Shown: one piece after another, positions 46,134-55,399 of the stretch
Position numbering within the stretch: position 1 is the first letter of the stretch
How the letters are laid out: every line of letters begins with the position of its first letter
IMG/VR virus record: IMGVR_UViG_3300050821_015552
Coordinates: 1-64,000 of that record
Origin: a virus
Length of the DNA stretch: 64,000 nucleotides
Direction: 5' to 3' (one strand)
The notes under the pieces: model-generated
Seen by the model: only the letters and a program-made list of their open reading frames with translations
Database searches by the model: none
Told to the model about the DNA's origin: nothing
Position numbers and translations under genes: made by a program

Positions 46134-47683
46134 GACCGCAGCACGTCAGAGGCCTTCTCGGCGCAGGCGACGCCGCCTCTGCTGGCCAGCAGTATCTCGC
46201 CAACCTCAAGACGAGCTACACGCGGCAGGGCGACGAGTACGTCCTGAACACCGCGCAGGCCACGGCCGGCGTGAGCTTCCAGGGTCTGGACTTCTCAGCC
46301 ACCGTCGCGGCTCTGGCGCGCGGGGATATCCCGGGCGCGGTCGAGGCGGCCGATTCGGCCATCGTGGCCTACGCCTCGCTGTCGGTGCCGGTGGCAGGTC
46401 TGGTCGTGGCCGGATTCACTGCGCTCGTCGCGGCAGCATGGAGTGGGCAGTCGCCTCCTTGCACCGCCGTCGGATGCGGCTCCACGTTCGGCATGGGCGA
46501 GTGTCCCACCGACAGCACCCTGGACTTCACCTGGGCCGGCATCGCGAGCTCGCAGGTCGCGCCCGTGCCGCCCGCGCAGCCATACCACTTCAGCGGCGGT
46601 CCGGACACGGGCCCCTCCAACCTCATCGACTGGGGCAGCTACGACTGGCAGGACTCGACGCCGCTGGATCCCACCAAGCCAGGCGGCCCCGGATCGTTCG
46701 AGCAGGCCCTCGAGCTTGTGGTGATGCAGGTCTGGGATCGCCTCGCGAGCGCGCCGCAGATTTGCGACATCATCCGGGCCTCGGGCCTCAATCCGAGCCT
46801 GACCGATATCGCGACCGGACAGCAGCTGCAGGCCACCATCTGGGGGACGCTCGCGACCAACATCGGCGCGCTGGTGCCCGTGTTCCTCGCCGGCTGGAAC
46901 GCCGCTCACGGCACCGGCACCATCACGACCAACGTGCCGTGCACGCAGGCGAGCTGCGAGGCAGCCGGCGGTATCTGGATCGCGAGCGACAGCCAGTGCG
47001 GGCGCGGTGGCGTTGCGGTGCCGTGCACCACGACCACGCTCGCGCCGCAGCGGCAGATTTCGCACGTGGTCGGCAGCAGGCAGTGGAACGATCCGCTCTC
47101 CGTGGCGCTCGAGGCGCTCGCGCAGATCCAGGGACTGCCGGTCGGCTCGACGCTGGTGCTCATGGTCAACAGCGGTCCCCCGGGTGGACAGATCAGCGGC
47201 TGGGATCCGCACATCGGCAACCACCCGCCGTCGAAGACGAGCGGCCTGGCTATCGTCGGTGGCGCCATCGCCGTCGTCGCTGTCGCCGCCGGAGGCTTCT
47301 CGCTCTGGGCCTACTTGACGGGCCAGGCGCAGAGCGAGGCGTGGAAGAAGCTCGGGCGCACCGTCTGGGACGAGGCGGCCAAGAGCGGCGAGCCGTTGGT
47401 GTCGGCGAATCCTTTGAAGGGGGCGAAGCTGCTGGGGGCAGGGGAGGCGGCGGAGGAGCCGAAGAGGAGCGGGCACTCGCGACCGCAGTCGCTGCTCTTC
47501 CCGCGCGATCGCTTCACGAAGCGAGAAGCGCTCGCATGGTCCCGCAGCCATGGCTTCAAGGCATCGAAGGCCGACCCGACCGCGAACTATTGGCGCGTAC
47601 GCCAATTCAGCCCGGCAAAGGGGACCGTCGTCGCGACCATCCCGTTCGGGAGCGGTGGAATCAAGGCGACAATCGCCCGCTGA
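46130..47683 (+). CDS. Large membrane protein with LLGAG motifs and basic C-terminal domain
   Basis: Two hydrophobic segments; LLGAG occurs twice. Confidence 0.8.
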   Translation: MRPQHVRGLLGAGDAASAGQQYLANLKTSYTRQGDEYVLNTAQATAGVSFQGLDFSATVAALARGDIPGAVEAADSAIVAYASLSVPVAGLVVAGFTALVAAAWSGQSPPCTAVGCGSTFGMGECPTDSTLDFTWAGIASSQVAPVPPAQPYHFSGGPDTGPSNLIDWGSYDWQDSTPLDPTKPGGPGSFEQALELVVMQVWDRLASAPQICDIIRASGLNPSLTDIATGQQLQATIWGTLATNIGALVPVFLAGWNAAHGTGTITTNVPCTQASCEAAGGIWIASDSQCGRGGVAVPCTTTTLAPQRQISHVVGSRQWNDPLSVALEALAQIQGLPVGSTLVLMVNSGPPGGQISGWDPHIGNHPPSKTSGLAIVGGAIAVVAVAAGGFSLWAYLTGQAQSEAWKKLGRTVWDEAAKSGEPLVSANPLKGAKLLGAGEAAEEPKRSGHSRPQSLLFPRDRFTKREALAWSRSHGFKASKADPTANYWRVRQFSPAKGTVVATIPFGSGGIKATIAR

Positions 47684-47721
47684 TTTTCGCGCCCTGACGA
47701 GGCGGTGGTACGCTGCTCCTC

Positions 47722-48957
47722 GTGGCCGACTCGCCTACCATCGCGTCCGACATCGCCGCGGGCGTGAAGGTCGACCATCGGCCCTGGCCCGGCACCAAGC
47801 CGGGCTTGCGGATCACCCGTGAGCAGATGGCCAAGAAGATCCGCGAGGGCATGCACACACCCAGCGTGCGCGCCCTCGCCGGGCAGATCCTGCGCGACGC
47901 GGGCTTCCCGACGACGATCCGCGCGAAAGCCGAGGCCCTGCGCAGCTACGTGAAGAAGAACGTCGGCTACGCGCCTGACCCGATATTTTCGGAGATGGTC
48001 GTCGCGGCGCCTGTGACTCTTTGTTTGGACGATGGGATCATGTGCATGCCCATTGGAGATTGCGACGACGCCACCGTGGCGTGCCAGTCGCTCATCGGCG
48101 CGGCCGGCATGGACGCGCGGTTCTTCCACATCGACTACGGCTCCGGCGTGCAGACGCACATGATGGGTGCCGTACGCGATGAGACGGGCAAGTGGCTCGA
48201 GGTCGACGCGACGACCGATCGCCCGGTCGGCTACGAGACCAGCTGCACGCGCAAGGTGCTGGTCGATCCGTTCGACGACAAGACCTTCGATCTGATGGGC
48301 GCCGCAGGGGGCAGTTTCATCGGCGTGGGCAAGGCTTTTGTCGGCGCGGGCAAAGCGTGGGATGCTCTCCCCATGCACGGCTACGCCTCAGCCATCCTCG
48401 GCCGCTCGGTCGGCGCTGGGGCTGCACTGCCGACGCTTCAGCCGTGCTACCAGTTCGTGCTCTACATCGATCTGCAGGGCGCGACCGCCGACGATCTGGT
48501 GGCCTCGTTTCCGTGGACCTCGTCGGTACAGAACCTCGCAGTGAACACGAACGAGACGCCCAACTCGGTGTCTGGTACGTGGATTGGCTCGTCGCCCCTT
48601 GCGGTGCCCGCGAGCATTCCTGTGGCGCACGACTTCGGTGGCAACACGGGGTATCAGACGGTGCAGGTGCTCGTCCAGAGCGGCATCATCGGCGCCAGGG
48701 ACACGTCGGGAGCGTGCGCTCCGATTCAGATCCATCTTCCGCCGGGTCACACGAGCGGTGGCAACACGGGTGGCGCCCCGATCCACACGGGCAGCACTTA
48801 CCATGGTGGAACCGCCACAGGCGGCACGGGCGGCACGCAGTCCAGCACCGGCCTGTCGACGGGCGCCAAGGTCGGCCTCACGCTGGGCGCCGTCGCGCTG
48901 CTCGGTGGCGGCGCGTTCGCGGCGTACAAGGCCGGATGGTTCGGGAGAGCAGCATGA
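47722..48957 (+). CDS. Transglutaminase-like cysteine protease with C-terminal TM anchor
   Basis: GDCDD (Cys), QTHM (His), WLEVDAT (Asp) triad in canonical order. Confidence 0.85.
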   Translation: MADSPTIASDIAAGVKVDHRPWPGTKPGLRITREQMAKKIREGMHTPSVRALAGQILRDAGFPTTIRAKAEALRSYVKKNVGYAPDPIFSEMVVAAPVTLCLDDGIMCMPIGDCDDATVACQSLIGAAGMDARFFHIDYGSGVQTHMMGAVRDETGKWLEVDATTDRPVGYETSCTRKVLVDPFDDKTFDLMGAAGGSFIGVGKAFVGAGKAWDALPMHGYASAILGRSVGAGAALPTLQPCYQFVLYIDLQGATADDLVASFPWTSSVQNLAVNTNETPNSVSGTWIGSSPLAVPASIPVAHDFGGNTGYQTVQVLVQSGIIGARDTSGACAPIQIHLPPGHTSGGNTGGAPIHTGSTYHGGTATGGTGGTQSSTGLSTGAKVGLTLGAVALLGGGAFAAYKAGWFGRAA

Positions 48958-49652
48958 CCAGCCTCGAGAAAGCGTTGGCGTGGGGCCTCGGGATCGTGAC
49001 GACTGGGCTCGTCATCCTCGGCATCTACGAGGAGACCAAGAGCAAGCCGGCCAACTCGAACACCGTCACGACGACCCTCACCCCCGGCCACCGCTACAGC
49101 TTCCAGGCTTCCTGCCCGACCGCGTTCCCCGCGCTGCCGCCCGCCGGGTCGACGACCGCTGTAGCGGCGCTGCTCGGCCTGACCGGTGTCTCGATCCTGA
49201 CCTACCTGCCCGCCGCCGACGGCAAGAGCTTCACGGTCACGTTCGACTACACGGGGCTCGCGATGACGCTGCCGCCTATTCAGTCGGGCGGCGCGACGTC
49301 GTGCACCTCGCAGCTGGTCGATCTGGGCGTCTCGCCTAGCACGGGCGGCACGCAGCAGGGTGGTGTCGCCAGTCAAGGGGGCCTCAATCTCGTCAACCAG
49401 GGGCAGCTGCCCGCCGCCCAGAACCTCGACCTGACGTCCGGCTCCACGGGCGTCGCCCACGCCACGACCAATGGCGCACTACAGGTCATCGCGCCGTGGA
49501 GCATCGCAAGCGTTTCGCCCTCGCCCGCCTACCAGGGCGCCGCGGCGATCTCGGGCAACACCGCACGCATGGTGCTGACGGGAACGCCCGCGCTCTTCGA
49601 CATCACTGGGCCGCCGCCGGCCTCGCCGATCGTCACGGTGAGGGTGCAGTGA
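48954..49652 (+). CDS. N-terminally anchored beta-rich protein, anchor paralogous to 45136
   Basis: MTSLEKALAWG...KSKP. Confidence 0.75.
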   Translation: MTSLEKALAWGLGIVTTGLVILGIYEETKSKPANSNTVTTTLTPGHRYSFQASCPTAFPALPPAGSTTAVAALLGLTGVSILTYLPAADGKSFTVTFDYTGLAMTLPPIQSGGATSCTSQLVDLGVSPSTGGTQQGGVASQGGLNLVNQGQLPAAQNLDLTSGSTGVAHATTNGALQVIAPWSIASVSPSPAYQGAAAISGNTARMVLTGTPALFDITGPPPASPIVTVRVQ

Positions 49653-50452
49653 GCTACGAGCGGGCCATCTACGGAGCGGGCGCCGCCTCCCCCGGCGACG
49701 TCCTGTCGTACCGCGCGCTGTGGGACGACTACGTGCTGCAGACGGTGTGCGCCTACAACGCGCTCGCTTGGGCCCTGGGCTTTCTCATCCAGGGCCAGTC
49801 CCCTCCGAACACCATCGACGTTACGGCGACCGGGATCGCCGGCATCCCCTACTGCGTGCGGACGATCCCGACGTGGAACTACCAGCTGCCGCTGGTCGAC
49901 ACGACGCAGTTCGGAGACAACCCGCCCACGGTGGCGGAGCTGACGAGCGTGCAGACCGCCGCGATCGGTTCAGCATCGGCGCTGCTCGACAGATGGAACG
50001 TGTGGAGCGGCCTGTCCGACTACGAGATCGTGCAGGACGCGGCGCAGATCCTCACGTCCATGCAGGGCGTCGTCAGCGACACGGGCAACACCGAGCGTCC
50101 CTACCTGTCCAAGTACAGCCCCGCGCTCGGCGCGGCGATCGTGCAGGGCCCCAGCCAGAGCAAGCAGGCGCAGATCATCGCGCAGCTCGAGGGCGCCAAG
50201 ATCGTGGCGGGCGGAGTGCTAACCGTCTTCGGCTTCGGCCTGCAGGGAGCCATCGACTCCACCGCGACTCTTGGCCAGTGGACCGCGCAGCACGTCAAGG
50301 ATCTCGGGGAGGGCGCGACGGGTCTGGCGGCCTTCCTGCTCAACCCGTGGACCATCGGCATCGCGGCGGTGCTCATCGTGGGCGGCGCCGGGCTCGCCGT
50401 CTACAACGCCGAGAAGGTGGCGAAACTCACTGCGGCTTTCAGGCCGATTTAG
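49649..50452 (+). CDS. Helical protein with C-terminal TM and N-terminal YERAIYGAG
   Basis: GTGA coupling. Confidence 0.75.
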   Translation: MSYERAIYGAGAASPGDVLSYRALWDDYVLQTVCAYNALAWALGFLIQGQSPPNTIDVTATGIAGIPYCVRTIPTWNYQLPLVDTTQFGDNPPTVAELTSVQTAAIGSASALLDRWNVWSGLSDYEIVQDAAQILTSMQGVVSDTGNTERPYLSKYSPALGAAIVQGPSQSKQAQIIAQLEGAKIVAGGVLTVFGFGLQGAIDSTATLGQWTAQHVKDLGEGATGLAAFLLNPWTIGIAAVLIVGGAGLAVYNAEKVAKLTAAFRPI

Positions 50453-50461
50453 GAGCAGCAA

Positions 50462-50704
50462 ATGAACGATCGACTTCTGGGCGCTGGCGTCGTCAGCAGC
50501 AAGACCATCAGCAACACGAGCATCGCGGCCCTGGGGCTCGAGACCGCGGGGGCAGCCGGCGTCGTCGTCGGAGGTGCAACGCTCGCCTTCGGCGGCAGTC
50601 CGAGGGCGGCGGGGATCGCGGCGGTCATCGGTGCGGTGCTCGGCGGGGCGTTCGGCAGCTGGCTGGGCTACGAGATCAAGGCGAGCTTCCCTAGCGCGCC
50701 CTGA
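50462..50704 (+). CDS. Small glycine-zipper membrane protein
   Basis: SD AGGAG; LLGAG followed by two TMs. Confidence 0.7.
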   Translation: MNDRLLGAGVVSSKTISNTSIAALGLETAGAAGVVVGGATLAFGGSPRAAGIAAVIGAVLGGAFGSWLGYEIKASFPSAP

Positions 50705-50741
50705 ATTTGCACGTCGGGCCGTTCTGTAGGACTCTGGAGCC

Positions 50742-51116
50742 ATGAGCCCAGCAGGGAACGTCGCGGCGGCTTCAGGGTTGGGCGCGGCTGGCGGCGCGTT
50801 CGCCGGGTTCATGCTCGCCTTCGTCGGCGGCAAGATCGCTGGCGCCGGACCGAAGCATGCCGGGATCGCGGCGCTTCTCGGAACGGTTGTCGGAGCGGTC
50901 ATCGGCGCAGCCTCCGTCGGCGCTTACGAGGAGAAGCGCGTGCTGGGCGCCGGCAAGACTGCCGTCGACAAGGCCATCGGCGCGGGCGCCTTCTCGTTCC
51001 TGGCGGACGGCGACTACCCGATCCCCGATCCGTTCCACCACGGCTGCACGATCACCCTGCACTGCACGACCGTCAACGGCAAGCAGGTCTGCACCTCGAC
51101 GTCGAGCTGCCCGTGA
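50742..51116 (+). CDS. Glycine-zipper membrane protein
   Basis: Two TMs; VLGAG and AIGAG. Confidence 0.7.
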   Translation: MSPAGNVAAASGLGAAGGAFAGFMLAFVGGKIAGAGPKHAGIAALLGTVVGAVIGAASVGAYEEKRVLGAGKTAVDKAIGAGAFSFLADGDYPIPDPFHHGCTITLHCTTVNGKQVCTSTSSCP

Positions 51117-51295
51117 ACAGCGCCGCCTGGTACGTGTCCGCCGTCATCGGCGCCCTGATGGGCGCCGGCATCGGCGCGCTGTCCCTGCACACCGAGCGCG
51201 CGAAGGGCGCCGCCATCGGGGGCATCTTGGGCGCGGGACTGGGTGTCGCGATGCGAGCCACGATTCGGCACGAATTGCCGGGAGGTGCATCGTGA
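51113..51295 (+). CDS. Small glycine-zipper membrane protein
   Basis: GxxxG repeats. Confidence 0.65.
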   Translation: MNSAAWYVSAVIGALMGAGIGALSLHTERAKGAAIGGILGAGLGVAMRATIRHELPGGAS

Positions 51296-51555
51296 AATGG
51301 TACTGGGGTCTCGCGTGGCTTGCAGGCGGAGCTTCCGTTGGAGCTCTTGCCGGCGCAGCCTTCACGCCCGGCGGTGGTGACCGCAAGCACGCTGCGGCGA
51401 TGGGTGCGGCCGGTGGTGTCACGCTGGTCGGGATCGCCGCGCTCGGGGCGACCATCTCGCCGGACACGCGAGCTGCGGGGCTGACCGCCGTGCTTCCTGT
51501 TGCGGGGCTGGTCGTGCTCGGCGCCGTCAGCGGCGCTCACCAGCAGCTCACGTGA
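51292..51555 (+). CDS. Small three-TM membrane protein
   Basis: SD GGAGG; three hydrophobic stretches. Confidence 0.65.
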   Translation: MKWYWGLAWLAGGASVGALAGAAFTPGGGDRKHAAAMGAAGGVTLVGIAALGATISPDTRAAGLTAVLPVAGLVVLGAVSGAHQQLT

Positions 51556-51998
51556 TAATCGCTCGAGGGCACTCCGTCTCTCTGGAGCTCGCCGACGGCC
51601 GCACCATCTACGGCCCCCGCGGCAGCGAGATCCTGCACGACGAGACGGGTAAGCAGATCCCCAAGGACGTCGCGCTCGTCATGCGCTTCGAGCACACGGG
51701 CCGCAAGCTCGAGGAGCCACTGCCGAAGTATGTCGGGCAGCACTTCGGCGACTACCAGCCGCGTGATGGTCGAGCGGAGCTGCCGCCGCTGACGCGCGGG
51801 TGGACCGAGGTTGGGCAGATCAGCAAGATCGAGTACACGCGGCGGGGGGAGCTACATCACGGCCAGCAGCGGCGAGAGAAGACGCACGACTTCGGTGAGG
51901 GGGGCTTCCTCTTCGGCAGCAAGATGCCGACGCTCTACAGGCGCGGTGAGGCGCTGATGATTCGGCCGGTTCGTTGGAGCTGGAAGGGCGTCCACTAG
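51552..51998 (+). CDS. Soluble hypothetical protein
   Basis: Coupled start; VGQISKIEY...HDFGE. Confidence 0.7.
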   Translation: MIIARGHSVSLELADGRTIYGPRGSEILHDETGKQIPKDVALVMRFEHTGRKLEEPLPKYVGQHFGDYQPRDGRAELPPLTRGWTEVGQISKIEYTRRGELHHGQQRREKTHDFGEGGFLFGSKMPTLYRRGEALMIRPVRWSWKGVH

Positions 51999-52303
51999 GA
52001 CGCGCGAGCCGCCTTCACCGCCACGCGCCAACTCTTCTGCCCCATGCTCCGCGTGAGTCGGCCCGTCGACAGACCGCGCCGGAACGATGCAGCGATGCGG
52101 TAGTACGCCGCGCTCGGCCCGCTGCTACCGGGCGACGTGGACCGTGTCTCGATGCCCAGGCTCATCATGAAGCCCGAGATGCTCTGCGGCTCGATCGCCG
52201 TGAGCTTGCGGCAGATGAACTCGACGTCGTCTTCGGGGTAGCGCGGCAGACCGTCGACCATCTCGATCGAGGGCTGCTGCTCGTTCCTGGTGCGTTTGGC
52301 CAC
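51995..52303 (-). CDS. Small protein divergent from the structural operon, possible regulator
   Basis: Leaderless promoter TTGACG-17-CAGAAT-6-GTG on the minus strand. Confidence 0.6.
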   Translation of the reverse strand: MAKRTRNEQQPSIEMVDGLPRYPEDDVEFICRKLTAIEPQSISGFMMSLGIETRSTSPGSSGPSAAYYRIAASFRRGLSTGRLTRSMGQKSWRVAVKAARAS

Positions 52304-52451
52304 GAGCCCATTCTGCCCTGCGACAAATTCCCCGTCAACTTCGACTGCTCTGACAAATGCCACGATTCGCAAGGTCGCGATCGTTGGCGCACTCTTCTCC
52401 TCGTCAGGTCGCGCACCACGTTCGCAGCGGCCCCCACGGAGAGAAAAATCG

Positions 52452-53876
52452 ATGGCCTCGAAGAAGCGTAAGAAGGCGAAGAAGAAGACGGGCCGAAAAG
52501 GTCGCCGTGGCGCCTCGCGCAAGACCGAGAAGAAGACGCGCAAGCGCAAGGCTCGCAAGTCGAGCAAGAGAAGCAGGGCTGCACGCAAGGCTGCGAGAAC
52601 GCGGATGGCCAAGAAGGAGGCGCGCCGCGCCGCCGCTCGGAAGGCTGCGCGATCGCGCAAGCGCAAGGGCGGCGGCAAGCGCAAGGCTCGCAAGTCTGGC
52701 AAGCGCAAGAGCGCGAAGCGTTCCGCGGCGGCCCGCAAGGGCGCCAGGACGCGCAAGGCACGCAAGAGCGGCAAGACCCGTCGGCGCGCGCGTCGCGCGT
52801 CCCCCGAGCGCATCTACAAGAAGGCGCTGGTCGAGGGCAACCGCCACGAGCGCGCCGCCTCGCGACTGCGCACGCAGTACGAGAAGGCCCTGAAGGCCAA
52901 CAAGAACCGCTCGGCCGCGCAGGTCGAGAAGCTGCGCAAGCAGCAGGAGCGCCTCAAGGCCCGCCTGCAGTACCACGAGGGCATGGCGGCCGAAGCGCGC
53001 AAGCGCAAGGGCAAGCGTCGCGGCGGCAAGCGTCGCGAGCGCAACCCCATCGGCTCCGGCGGCATGCAGGAGTACGCGGCCGTCGGCGGCGGCGTGCTCA
53101 CGGCCATCGCGCTGACCATCGGCCCCTACCGGATGATCCGCAGCCACGCGCTCGGCTCCGGCGGCGGCCAGGGCAACGTCGACGCTCCCGTGCAGGGCGA
53201 CGTCCCGAACCTGCTGACCGGGCAGCTGCCGCTCTGGTCGCGCCTCAAGTGGAAGGGCGCCATCGCCCTCGGTGTCGTGCTCGTCGGCGACATCGCGCTG
53301 CCCCTCTTCGTCGCCTCGCGCATCAAGACGAGCGACGGCTGGAAGACCTTCTTCCAACTCTGGGGCTGGACGTCGGTGGCGCTCGCCAGCACCAAGCTGG
53401 TGGTCGACACGCTGGCGCTGGCGACCAAGAGCACCTCGCTCGGCCAGCGCCTCTTCGCCCCCGAGAACACGGCGCGCGACGTGCGCACGATGAGCGCTGC
53501 CACTAAGCTGCCGCCCATCACCGTCGCCCCGGGCGTCGGTCTGCCGGGTCTGACCGGCTACGGCAGCCCGCCTCCCGATCCGAAGCGCCACACGGGCGCG
53601 GCTGGATGCGGCTGCAGCGCGTGCGAGGCCCAGCGCAAGCAGGCCAACCCGAACCAGCCGGGCACCCACCAGCCGATCACGGGCACCACGCCGATGCCGG
53701 CGCAGCCCGGAGCGGTGCAGCCTCCCGGCGGCAACCCGCTCAACTCGAACACCGTCGTGACCGGCCTGCCCGGCAACGGCGTGACCGCTCCCACGGGCGC
53801 CGGCAGCGTGACGCCCATCAACAAGTTCGCCCCGAAGCCCCGCTTCGACGGCAAGAGCCGATTCGGCACCCGGTAA
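52452..53876 (+). CDS. Histone/protamine-like K/R-rich protein with TM segments
   Basis: About 200 aa extremely basic N-terminus, then hydrophobic helices and a Pro/Gly tail. Confidence 0.8.
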   Translation: MASKKRKKAKKKTGRKGRRGASRKTEKKTRKRKARKSSKRSRAARKAARTRMAKKEARRAAARKAARSRKRKGGGKRKARKSGKRKSAKRSAAARKGARTRKARKSGKTRRRARRASPERIYKKALVEGNRHERAASRLRTQYEKALKANKNRSAAQVEKLRKQQERLKARLQYHEGMAAEARKRKGKRRGGKRRERNPIGSGGMQEYAAVGGGVLTAIALTIGPYRMIRSHALGSGGGQGNVDAPVQGDVPNLLTGQLPLWSRLKWKGAIALGVVLVGDIALPLFVASRIKTSDGWKTFFQLWGWTSVALASTKLVVDTLALATKSTSLGQRLFAPENTARDVRTMSAATKLPPITVAPGVGLPGLTGYGSPPPDPKRHTGAAGCGCSACEAQRKQANPNQPGTHQPITGTTPMPAQPGAVQPPGGNPLNSNTVVTGLPGNGVTAPTGAGSVTPINKFAPKPRFDGKSRFGTR

Positions 53877-53959
53877 CCCTCTTTTTCGCGGCGCCGCACG
53901 GCGCTCCGCGAGCCCGCGATTCCCCCCCATCCCAAGCAACGCAGGAGCGACAGACGATC

Positions 53960-55327
53960 ATGGCCAAGTATTCGAAGACCGACGAAGGCAGGAAGTCCCA
54001 CAGCCGCACCCTGGACGAGCGCAGCGGCGCGATGCTCGACAGGTTCGTCGACGACCGGGTCCGGCGCTCCGAAGGGGCGATCGGGGGTCGTCATCTCGGC
54101 GCCGGCAAGGCCTGCGATGATCCCTCGCAGATCGCCGCCTCCATCGTCGATGGCCTCAATTGCGGCATCGAGGATCTCGAGGTCGTGGCCGAAAACCGCG
54201 CCTTCTTCGAGGGGCCGCTGACCCCGGCGCAGGCCGGAAACTTCTTCCTTCCGCAGGTCAACCCCTTCGGCATCGGCACCGCGCAGGGCGCCGTGGACCA
54301 GGCGCAGATCAACATCGACGGCAGCGAGATGGACTGCAACGTCCTCATCACGCACGTCTACTTCCACATGGTGCCGCCCAAGCACACCATGACGGTCGAA
54401 GGCGGCTACTGGTCCCCGTCGCCCACCGCCGCCGGCAACGGGCCGGTCGTGCCGGACGCATGGTCGAACGTCGACCAGGCGACCGACGGCACGGGCACCC
54501 TGGGCCTGGGCGCCGGTCAGACCCTGACCAAGGCTTCGCTCGACACGGGCGAGTGGGCCTGCGACTTCTTCTACGACTTCTGCCGCGCCTACGAGTGGAT
54601 CTGGAAGATCGGCAACAACATCCTGATGGAGGCGCCGCTCACCAAGATCGCCTCCATCCGCGGCGCCTCGCAGCCGTGGACCAGCGGTCAGCACCTCAAG
54701 CCCTTCGCCCAGGACGTCGCCGACGCCAACGCGTTTTTCCGCGCCAACGGTGCCAATGGCATCTTCATGCCGCGCAACGCCACGCGCGACGGCTCGGCCA
54801 ACATCACCAGCGGCAAGGCCAACTCGAGCTACTTCTCGCCCTACGGCTACTTCCGCGAGCAGGCCACCATCGGTGGCCCCGGCGTGCAGGAGCTGTGCAT
54901 GAACCCCACGGTCTACGAGCTGTGCACCGCGCAGCTCTTCCCCCGCGGCGTCAAGCTCGGCATGCACTTCGACCTGATCGACGAGTACGCGCAGGCGCGC
55001 TCGGCACGTTCGGCGACCATGAACCAGCTGACCGGCGGCGGCGGGATCGGCCAGATCAACCCGGACGTCAACGTCACGGGGATCGGCTCGGGCGTCGCGC
55101 CCGTGTTCACCGAGCTCACCCAGGCGGCGGCGGACGTGCTCATCCAGGAGCCCGTCGGCCGGGTGCTCTGCAAGATCGGCGACTTCTACCTCGTCGCTGG
55201 CCTGATGGGTCACCGCGTCAGTCAGACGCTCTACAGCAAGATCATCGCCAACGAGTCGGCGGTGTGCGACGCGGTCACGGCGGGCACCTTCGGCCGCCGG
55301 TCGCTGTCGATGATGGCGAGCAAGTAA
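53960..55327 (+). CDS. Candidate major capsid protein (455 aa) with possible propeptide ending in LGAG
   Basis: SD AGGAG; very strong codon bias; flanking hairpins; soluble, beta-rich. Fold not recognised. Confidence 0.5.
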   Translation: MAKYSKTDEGRKSHSRTLDERSGAMLDRFVDDRVRRSEGAIGGRHLGAGKACDDPSQIAASIVDGLNCGIEDLEVVAENRAFFEGPLTPAQAGNFFLPQVNPFGIGTAQGAVDQAQINIDGSEMDCNVLITHVYFHMVPPKHTMTVEGGYWSPSPTAAGNGPVVPDAWSNVDQATDGTGTLGLGAGQTLTKASLDTGEWACDFFYDFCRAYEWIWKIGNNILMEAPLTKIASIRGASQPWTSGQHLKPFAQDVADANAFFRANGANGIFMPRNATRDGSANITSGKANSSYFSPYGYFREQATIGGPGVQELCMNPTVYELCTAQLFPRGVKLGMHFDLIDEYAQARSARSATMNQLTGGGGIGQINPDVNVTGIGSGVAPVFTELTQAAADVLIQEPVGRVLCKIGDFYLVAGLMGHRVSQTLYSKIIANESAVCDAVTAGTFGRRSLSMMASK

Positions 55328-55341
55328 CCGGGCAGCCACGC

Positions 55342-55373
55342 GCAGGCGGGGCGGCGCCCTCGGCCGCCCGCTG
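55342..55373 (+). terminator. GC-rich hairpin after the capsid candidate
   Basis: gcgg-gcggc pairs with gccgc-ccgc; no U-tract. Confidence 0.4.
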
Positions 55374-55399
55374 CATCCACCCCCTGACCGGAGACTGCC

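Noticed and set aside
42818-48405. DGR template/variable repeat pair
   Set aside because: Differences are not adenine-specific and no reverse transcriptase is present.
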